44,924 nt of DNA, taken from the NCBI GenBank assembly GCA_965649115.1, contig CBFGJN010000008.1:1-44924 (forward strand). Direction: 5' to 3'. Shown one piece after another: positions 36,691 through 44,924 of the stretch. The notes beneath the pieces were generated by a model. That model was not told where the DNA came from. It worked only from the letters and a program-made list of their open reading frames with translations, and did no database searches. Position 1 is the first letter of the stretch, and each line of letters opens with the position of its first letter. The DNA is from a candidate division WOR-3 bacterium (GTDB lineage: Bacteria; Hydrothermota; Hydrothermia; LBFQ01; DSFT01). A program made the translations under genes and the position numbers.

Positions 36691-37593
36691 ACTTTTTAAT
36701 GTATAGATATTCTCAAAAGCTCTGTGTTTTAAATAATTTATATAGCTTTCAAAATCCTCTTTTAAATTTTTAGGAAGTAATTCTTGAAATTTATTTAAGT
36801 AATTTAGAGCAAATTCTATTGAATTCTCTATTGCTTTACTTGTGATAATTTTTTCTTTCAAGTAGTTAAAGTCGTTTAAGAACATTAAGGCATTACTATC
36901 AAATTTATATAAATAAATCAAAGGCAATGTAATTTTTCCTTTTTTTATATCCTCAAAAAAATCTTCACAATCATCAATTATTTGATAGGCTATTCCAAGT
37001 AGTTTTCCTAATTCTCTAAAATAGTTAATATCATGATTTAGAATGATGGCTGAACTTGAAAAAGCATATTCAAATAATGAAGCAGTTTTGTCTGATATAA
37101 TTTCAATATAAGTTTCTTCTTTTAATTTTTCTTCTTTCGGATATAATTCTTCTTTTAATTCACCTTTTACCATATTTTTTGAAGTTTTTATAAATTCATC
37201 AATAATTTGAAAATTTTGAAATTTATTAGCAAATTCAAGCGATTTTATAAAAACATAATCACCACTTAAAACTGCCACAGAATTTCCATAAAATTTATTT
37301 AAAGTTGGATATTCTCTTCTAAATTCCTCGTTATCAATAATATCATCGTGAATTAAAGATGAAGCGTGAAGTAATTCTATTGAAATTGCTATATTTAATG
37401 TTATTTCATTTAAAAGGTTATAGTTTTTTAAAATAATCATAAATGAAAGTGCTCTTAATCGTTTGCCTTTTGTAATGAAATCAGGAATTAAAACCTTTTC
37501 CTCAAATACTTGTTTTATTTTAATTTCTAATAGTTTTAAATAATTTTTGTACTTTTCTCTTATTTCATTTAAAAAATTTTCACTCTTCTTCAA
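36685..37593 (-). CDS. Polyprenyl diphosphate synthase
   Basis: GKRLR, ELLHASSLIHDDIID, RR, KTASLF, YQIIDD. Confidence 0.9.
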   Translation of the reverse strand: MKKSENFLNEIREKYKNYLKLLEIKIKQVFEEKVLIPDFITKGKRLRALSFMIILKNYNLLNEITLNIAISIELLHASSLIHDDIIDNEEFRREYPTLNKFYGNSVAVLSGDYVFIKSLEFANKFQNFQIIDEFIKTSKNMVKGELKEELYPKEEKLKEETYIEIISDKTASLFEYAFSSSAIILNHDINYFRELGKLLGIAYQIIDDCEDFFEDIKKGKITLPLIYLYKFDSNALMFLNDFNYLKEKIITSKAIENSIEFALNYLNKFQELLPKNLKEDFESYINYLKHRAFENIYTLKSL

Positions 37594-39277
37594 GTTCAGT
37601 TAGCTCTTTTAATTTAGAAAGTTCCTTGTTTAATATATCACCAAGATTTACCCTTGCTGGCTCTTTCGTTTCTTTTAATTTTTTCTTCAATTCTTCTTGT
37701 TTCTGCTTTTCAATAAGTTTATAATACTGTCTTTCCGAAAGTAAAATTCTTTTCCTTTCAGGTTCAACCTTTAAGACTGCCAAATTTAATTCTTCACCAA
37801 CATTATAAACTTCTTTTGGATTTCCTTTCCTTTGAAGATAACCTACTGGAACAAATCCCTCAATTCCATCATATACATCTACAATAATTCCCTTATCAAT
37901 AACTTTTAGAATAGGTGCTTTTAGAATTGTATCTGGTTTTAATGTTTCTGAAATTTGTGGCCATGGGTTTGGTGTTAAATCCTTTAAGCTTAACTCTATT
38001 ATTCTTTGTTTTTTATCAATTTCTTTAACTAATGCTTTTATCTTTTGTCCTTTTCTTAAAAATTCAGAAGGTGATTTAATTTTCTTCGTCCAAGACATAT
38101 TACTAACATGAATATAACCATATATTTCAGGTTCTATTTCAACAAAAGCTCCATTTAAATTAAAATCTATAACTTTGCCTTTAACTATTGAGCCAATTGG
38201 ATATTTTTCCTCAATAACAGCCCATGGATCGGGTTGAGTTTGCTTCATACCAAGTGATATTCTTTCTCTTTCAACATCAACATTTAAGACTACTAATTCA
38301 ACCTCTTGCCCAACACTTACCATTTCTGATGGATGAGAGGGTGGCTTACCCCATCTCATTTCAGAAATATGAACAAGACCTTCAATACCGGGTTCAAGCT
38401 CAACGAAAAATCCAAAATCAAGAATTTTTTTAACTTTTCCTTTTACCCTACTTCCAATAGGATATTTTTGAGCAACAATTTGCCAAGGGTGTGGTTGAAG
38501 TCTTTTTATTGAAAGTGTTATTTTTCTGCTTTCTTTATCAACATCAATAACTTGAACTTTAACTTTATCTCCAACTTTATATAAGTTTTCTATTTTATTA
38601 ATTCTATGCCAAGAAATTTCTGAAATATGAACCAAACCTTCAATACCTCCAAGATTTACAAACAATCCAAATTCTACTATATTACTAATAGTTCCTTCAA
38701 GAATATCACCTACTTTAATTTCATTAAGTCTTTGTTTTGCAAGCTCTTCCTCTTCTTCTAAAACTTCAAGCCTTGAAACTATTAAATTTTTCTTTTGTGG
38801 ATTTAATTTTATAATTTTTACAGGTAAAATTTTTCCAACAAATGTATTAAAATTTTTTATTTTCTTTCTATCAATTTGACTTCCAGGTAAAAATGCTTCA
38901 ACACCAAATACATCAACCATTAATCCACCTTTTACAACCCTTAAAACCTTAGCATAAATAGTTTCATTATTTTCATAAGCATTTTTTATCTTTTCCCAAT
39001 TTAAAACAAAGTCAGCTTTCTGTTTTGATAATTTTATTCCTTCTTTACTATCTACTCTTTCTATATAGACAGTTATTTCATCTCCAACTTTATATTCATT
39101 AACTTTTAGTTCTTCAACTTTTAGAATTCCCTCTGCCTTTCCTCCTATATCAACGAAAACCTCTTTTGGTGTAATTTTTACTATCCTACCTTTTACAACC
39201 TCTCCTTCTTTTAGAACTTCATCTTTTACTTGTTTATTTATCAATTCCAAAAATTCACTATCATTCATTTCAATCAT
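37580..39277 (-). CDS. rpsA: 30S ribosomal protein S1
   Basis: Six S1 repeats (AFLPGSQ, GLVHISE, RISLGMKQ). ATG at 39277 preferred, 7 nt after SD GGAGGT. Confidence 0.94.
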   Translation of the reverse strand: MIEMNDSEFLELINKQVKDEVLKEGEVVKGRIVKITPKEVFVDIGGKAEGILKVEELKVNEYKVGDEITVYIERVDSKEGIKLSKQKADFVLNWEKIKNAYENNETIYAKVLRVVKGGLMVDVFGVEAFLPGSQIDRKKIKNFNTFVGKILPVKIIKLNPQKKNLIVSRLEVLEEEEELAKQRLNEIKVGDILEGTISNIVEFGLFVNLGGIEGLVHISEISWHRINKIENLYKVGDKVKVQVIDVDKESRKITLSIKRLQPHPWQIVAQKYPIGSRVKGKVKKILDFGFFVELEPGIEGLVHISEMRWGKPPSHPSEMVSVGQEVELVVLNVDVERERISLGMKQTQPDPWAVIEEKYPIGSIVKGKVIDFNLNGAFVEIEPEIYGYIHVSNMSWTKKIKSPSEFLRKGQKIKALVKEIDKKQRIIELSLKDLTPNPWPQISETLKPDTILKAPILKVIDKGIIVDVYDGIEGFVPVGYLQRKGNPKEVYNVGEELNLAVLKVEPERKRILLSERQYYKLIEKQKQEELKKKLKETKEPARVNLGDILNKELSKLKELTELEEE

Positions 39278-39375
39278 ACCCTTCACCTCCGAAAGGTTTT
39301 TTTGAAGTTTGAAATTTTAAAGCATAATTTATTGGACGAAGCATCGCCCTCCAATAATTCCCCTTTTAAAAACTT

Positions 39376-40245
39376 CTATATAATATTCGTGCTTCCATCT
39401 AATGATATAATAATGTTATCTATAAGTCTTGTTTTACCGAAAAATACAGCTAGTGCTATTAGAACTTCTCCCTCTAACAATTCTAATGGTCTAAGTTCTT
39501 TTGTATCTACGATTTGAATATATTGAATTTTAGAAAGTGGAGCATTTTCAATTATAAATTTTTCCATTTCCGAAATAATTTTTTTAGAATTTCTTTCACC
39601 CTCTTCAATTAATTTTTTAGCAAGCATCAAAGATTTATAAAGAACGCTTGCTTGTTTCCTTTCCTTATTATTTAAATAAACATTTCTTGAAGACATTGCA
39701 AGACCATCACTTTCTCTAATTGTAGGACCTGGTACAATTTGGATATCTAAGTTTAAGTCTCTTACCATTCGTTTTATTATAAAATACTGTTGGGCATCTT
39801 TTAAGCCAAATACTGCCAGATGAGGTTTTACTATATTAAAAAGTTTTAAAACTACTGTTGCTACTCCTCTGAAATGTCCAGGTCTAAACTTGCCACATAA
39901 TTCTTGGTCTAAGTTTTTAACTTCAACGAATGTTGAGAAATTTTCAGGATACATTTCCTTTTCATCAGGAACAAATACAACATCAACATTTTCCTTCTCA
40001 CAAAGTTTTAAATCTCTTTCAAGATCTCTTGGATATTCTTTAAAATCTTCATTTGGTCCAAATTGTAATGGATTAACAAAAATTGAAACCACTAATATAT
40101 GTGATTTTTTTCTTGCTATTCTAAATAATGATAAATGTCCTTCGTGTAAATAACCCATCGTTGGAACAAATCCTATGGTTTTTCCTTCATTTCTATAACT
40201 TTCAGATAAATCCATCATTTCACCTATTTTTGTAATTACTTTCAT
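39376..40245 (-). CDS. panC: Pantoate--beta-alanine ligase
   Basis: FVPTMGYLHEGHLSL, SIFVNP.QF, RPGHF.GV, FG.KD.QQ, DGLAMSSRN, RLIDN. Confidence 0.96.
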   Translation of the reverse strand: MKVITKIGEMMDLSESYRNEGKTIGFVPTMGYLHEGHLSLFRIARKKSHILVVSIFVNPLQFGPNEDFKEYPRDLERDLKLCEKENVDVVFVPDEKEMYPENFSTFVEVKNLDQELCGKFRPGHFRGVATVVLKLFNIVKPHLAVFGLKDAQQYFIIKRMVRDLNLDIQIVPGPTIRESDGLAMSSRNVYLNNKERKQASVLYKSLMLAKKLIEEGERNSKKIISEMEKFIIENAPLSKIQYIQIVDTKELRPLELLEGEVLIALAVFFGKTRLIDNIIISLDGSTNII

Positions 40246-40274
40246 AGTTTGATAATTTTAAAGCAAATTTTTAT

Positions 40275-40445
40275 GTTGTGTTGCTTGGCTTATAAATACC
40301 CCAAAAAATCAATAATTCTAAAAATTTTTTATAACTTATTGATAATCATATTTTTCTATATTCTGCTCACCAACCCTGTTTTCGGCAGTAGGTGGCTTTG
40401 CCCCCAATAAATTAAATGTTTTCCTAAAACTTTTATAAATTTACT
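40275..40445 (+). repeat. Scrambled fragments of the MITE-like repeat
   Basis: GGCTTATAAATACCC, TTATTGATAATCA, CACCAACCCT, TTTTCGGCAG..GGTGGCTTTGCCCCC. Confidence 0.5.
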
Positions 40446-40489
40446 GCTTTTAATTCTCCCGAATTTATAAAGACTTTAAAATTTCATTC

Positions 40490-41965
40490 TTGCTAACTCT
40501 AATTTTAATTTTTCAAACAGAGGATTTACCACAATTTTTTATTCAGCAATATGCCTCACATCCAATTGATATAAATAATGCCACTCTTGAAGAATTAAAA
40601 CAGATTCCATTTTTAAGTTCTGATGATATTGAAAAAATTTTAAAATATAGACCATTTAAAGGTTATGCTGAATTTAGAAGAACATTAAATTTAAGTTATA
40701 GAGAATTCCTTTTAATTAGACCTTATATAATAATACTTCCAAAAAGTTTTAATGGTTATTTTAGTGCTTATGGTGGTGCTCAAATTCTTTCAAATGTAGA
40801 TAGAAACTTAAATAATAATACAATTTTAGATAGCATTTTAAATAAAGTTTCTGATTATGGTCTTGATGTTCAACTTTACTATAAGCATTATGCTTTTAGA
40901 TTAAAAGATTATAATTTAACTGATACCATCTTCCTAAGTAATGATACAATAATAAATTATGAAAATCGTTTAAGGTTTGTATTTAATGCTTTTTTAAGTG
41001 ATATGGCTTTTAGAATTGGGAATTTTGCTCCAAGAGTAGGTTATGGTGCAATAAGTTATAGACCAAGGTACTATTTTTTATACTTGCCAAGTTTCAACTT
41101 CCCTTCATCAAATTTATCAATTGAATATAGATATAAATTTTTAGGTGTTTTTATTGATACAACGAAAAATTTCTTTATTTATTCTAATTATAAGGACTTT
41201 TATTTTGGGTTTATAAAGGGTTATTATGAAAGCTTTTGGTCATTTTTAATTTTAAATCCATTTCCAAAATTTTCATTTTCAATTGAAGGTTCCTATGGTA
41301 GAGATGGTTATAGTTATGGATATTCTTTAATTTATAGAGATAGGGGTGTTTTTGTTTTTTATAATCAAAACTTTTATAGAGGTTCTCAGCTTTGGAGATA
41401 TACTTATTGGTCTGATAGTTCATTTTTATATGTTTATTTATCGTTTTTTCCATTTGATTTAAGAATGAATATGAGAGGTGATAGAGGTTCTATAAATATC
41501 TCATATGAATTATCAAATTATTCTTATGTTATATTAAGGCATTATAGACATCCATTCTTTAATAGTTATCAGATTTCTTTTAATCAAACAAGGGGAATAT
41601 TTTTATCAGGTGAAAAAGTTAAAAATGGAGCAATTTTAACAGTTGGTTATAACTTACAGCTTGGAAGAAGATATGAAGACCCTTACATAAAGTTTAGAGT
41701 TTATTACTTTAATACTTGTATGACAAATAACAATTGTTTTGTTAATGATAGTAACTTGTATTATCAACCTTATGACCCCGATATCCGCTTGAATTTATAT
41801 TATTGGAGTTCATATGAAGGATTTTTTCCTTACATTGATTCAAGAATTCAGCTTTATGGGAGTGGTACAAAATTATCAATTTCTTTAAGATATAAAAAAT
41901 TTTATTTTAGATTTGTTGATGGTGGAAGGTACGACCTTGGACTGGAAAAAAATTTCTTTTTTTAA
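40490..41965 (+). CDS. Helix-hairpin-helix (ComEA-like) domain fused to a probable outer-membrane beta-barrel
   Basis: PIDINNATLEELKQIPFLS...ILKYRPF, followed by Tyr/Phe-rich beta strands and a terminal F. TTG start. Confidence 0.7.
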   Translation: MLTLILIFQTEDLPQFFIQQYASHPIDINNATLEELKQIPFLSSDDIEKILKYRPFKGYAEFRRTLNLSYREFLLIRPYIIILPKSFNGYFSAYGGAQILSNVDRNLNNNTILDSILNKVSDYGLDVQLYYKHYAFRLKDYNLTDTIFLSNDTIINYENRLRFVFNAFLSDMAFRIGNFAPRVGYGAISYRPRYYFLYLPSFNFPSSNLSIEYRYKFLGVFIDTTKNFFIYSNYKDFYFGFIKGYYESFWSFLILNPFPKFSFSIEGSYGRDGYSYGYSLIYRDRGVFVFYNQNFYRGSQLWRYTYWSDSSFLYVYLSFFPFDLRMNMRGDRGSINISYELSNYSYVILRHYRHPFFNSYQISFNQTRGIFLSGEKVKNGAILTVGYNLQLGRRYEDPYIKFRVYYFNTCMTNNNCFVNDSNLYYQPYDPDIRLNLYYWSSYEGFFPYIDSRIQLYGSGTKLSISLRYKKFYFRFVDGGRYDLGLEKNFFF

Positions 41966-41974
41966 TTTGTCAAT

Positions 41975-42003
41975 TTGAGCCCTTTTTAAATGTGCTTTAA
42001 AAT
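41975..42003 (+). promoter_or_regulatory. Promoter of the 23S rRNA gene
   Basis: TTGAGC-17-TAAAAT. Possible second promoter TTGCTA-18-TATTAT at 42028-42057. Confidence 0.6.
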
Positions 42004-42625
42004 TTTAACGCTTAACAATAAATCTTCTTGCTATATACATTCTCGTCAAAGTATTATAAAAAAGAGAGGCAACCAAGCTACTAAGGGTGGCAGGTGGATG
42101 CCTCGGCAGGGGGAGGCGATGAAGGGCGTGATAAGCTGCGATAAGCCTGGGGGAGCCGCATATGGGCTGTGATCCCAGGATGCCCGAATGGGGAAACCTG
42201 GCCTGCTGACGAGGCAGGTCATCACTTGGGGAAGGGTTGAACCCCGAGTACCCAGGTGGGGCGAAACCCGGGGAAGTGAAACATCTCAGTACCCGGAGGA
42301 AAAGAAAGAGACATCGATTCCCTCAGTAGCGGCGAGCGAAAGGGGAACAGCCTAAACCACTGCCGTGTAAAAGCCCGTGGGCGTTGCGGCAGTGGGGTAG
42401 TGGGGGTAAGACGGAGAGGGCCACGGACCTCTCGGGGAGTTACAAAACCATGCCTTAGCCGAACCACCTGGGAAGGTGGGCCATAGAGGGTGATAGCCCC
42501 GTAGGCGAAAAGGCATGGTCTCCCTGGTCTTACTTCCCGAGTACCTCGGGGCACGTGGAACCCTGAGGGAATCTGGGCGGACCACCGCCTAAGGCTAAAT
42601 ACTACCCCCTGACCGATAGTGAACT

Positions 42626-42657
<32 letters not shown>

Positions 42658-43229
42658 GGGAAGGGGAGTGAAATAGAACCTGAAACCTGCCACTTACAAT
42701 CAGTCACAGCCTCTACTTTCGGGTAGGGGTGGTGGCGTGCCTTTTGCAACATGAGCCCGGGACTTGCCGGCGTCGGCGAGGCTAAGCCCTTCTGGGGCGT
42801 AGCCGTAGGGAAACCGAGTCCGAATAGGGCGTTTTAGTCGGCGTCGGCAGACCCGAATCCGGGTGAGCTACCCCTGGGCAGGGTGAAGGTGGGGTAAAAC
42901 CCACTGGAGGCCCGAACCGGTGGATGGTGAAATATCCTCGGATGACCTGGGGGTAGGAGTGAAAAGCTAACCGAACCCGGTTATAGCTGGTTCTCCCCGA
43001 AATATATCTAGGTATAGCCTCGGGTGGTCCTTGTGGGAGGTAGAGCACTGTCTGGGTTATCCGCCTCTGGTGGGTAACCCATGCAAACTCCGAATTCCCA
43101 CAAGGCAAGCCCGGGAGTCAGCCTTCGGGGGATAAACTCCGCAGGCGAGAGGGAAAGAATCCCAGACCACCAGCTAAGGCCCCTAAGTGGAGGCTAAGTG
43201 AGAAAGGAGGTGGGAGCGCTAAGACAGCT

Positions 43230-43262
<33 letters not shown>

Positions 43263-43526
43263 GAGTGCGTAATAGCTCACCAGCCGAGCGCTCCTGCGCC
43301 GAAAATTTAACGGGACTAAGCCGCCCGCCGAAGCTGTGGGTCTATCACCTCTCCGGAGGTGGTAGGCGGTAGGGGAGCGTTCCTAACCCAGCGAAGGTGA
43401 GGGCGTAAGCCCCGCTGGAGGGTTAGGAAGTGAGAATCCGGGCATCAGTAGCGATAAAGGGGGTGAGAATCCCCCTCGCCGTAAGCCCAAGGTTTCCGAC
43501 GGCAGGTTCGTCCGCGTCGGGTTAGC

Positions 43527-43560
<34 letters not shown>

Positions 43561-43703
43561 AGGGGAAGTGGGGTCAATATTCCCCCGCCACTACTGGGGA
43601 CTCTATGTGGTGACGCCCTTCCAAGGGGTGGTGAGCCTGCTGGCTTAGGCTCTCCCATTCTGCGGAGGGGACGAGAAATAACCACATAGGGGATGAACCA
43701 GTA

Positions 43704-43737
<34 letters not shown>

Positions 43738-43973
43738 CATAAATGTGCCAAGGCGCGCGGGTGACCTCTCCCCAAGGAACTCGGCAAGTTAGCCCCGTAA
43801 CTTCGGGAGAAGGGGTGCCCTAGTAGGGTTAAAAGCCCGAACGGGTCGCAGTGAATGGGGCCTGGCGACTGTTTACCAAAAACACAAGGCTATGCATAAC
43901 CCGTAAGGGGATGTATATGGCCTGACGCCTGCCCGGTGCCGGAAGGTTAAGGGGACCCCTGCAAGGGGGGAAC

Positions 43974-44836
<863 letters not shown>

Positions 44837-44924
44837 GCCACTGTCTCGGGGAGACACCCGGCGAAGTTGTGTGCCGAGCGAAGACACTCGGTACCCGCCG
44901 CAAGACCGAAAGACCCCGTGAAGC

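Noticed and set aside
1344..41453. Small ORFs nested in or antisense to long genes (e.g. 1344, 2092, 5656, 6251, 8878, 15917, 22163, 27218, 31012, 32826, 38224, 39890, 41211)
   Set aside because: Shadow frames of well-supported genes, with no motifs or expression signals.
41991..42020. rRNA boxA antiterminator
   Set aside because: The TGCTTTAA match is the genome-wide -10 motif, and the downstream GCTTAACAA match is too weak.

Overview
Compact, very AT-rich bacterial chromosome segment with a GC-rich 23S rRNA. This points to a thermophile, and the T9SS-like C-terminal sorting domains suggest an FCB-related lineage such as WOR-3 (inference). It carries about 35 protein genes in shuffled order: housekeeping genes (valS, cdd, pstCA, coaE, mutL, pruA, ugd, nuoD, rpsA, panC), several exported proteins with T9SS-like CTDs, a FadL + lipoprotein esterase pair, a partly decayed polysaccharide locus, and a Fur-box-preceded beta-barrel/FMN-protein/membrane-protein operon. 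RNA genes are a tRNA(CAT) and a 23S rRNA with no upstream 16S, interrupted at E. coli position 1951 by a group I intron encoding a LAGLIDADG endonuclease. Signals not explained by ordinary annotation: (1) six exported proteins start with only 7-9 hydrophobic residues instead of a normal signal peptide; (2) 14 genes have a TAAAAT-type -10 box 6-11 nt before the start codon and no SD (leaderless or near-leaderless mRNAs); (3) a ~200-bp MITE-like repeat family with TIRs, paired IHF consensus sites, covarying hairpins and 9-nt-spaced tandem copies; (4) a Cys-rich mini-protein whose CTD is hidden in the -1 frame; (5) D-S/T-hydrophobic O-glycosylation sequons enriched in exported proteins. All calls are by eye, with no database searches.
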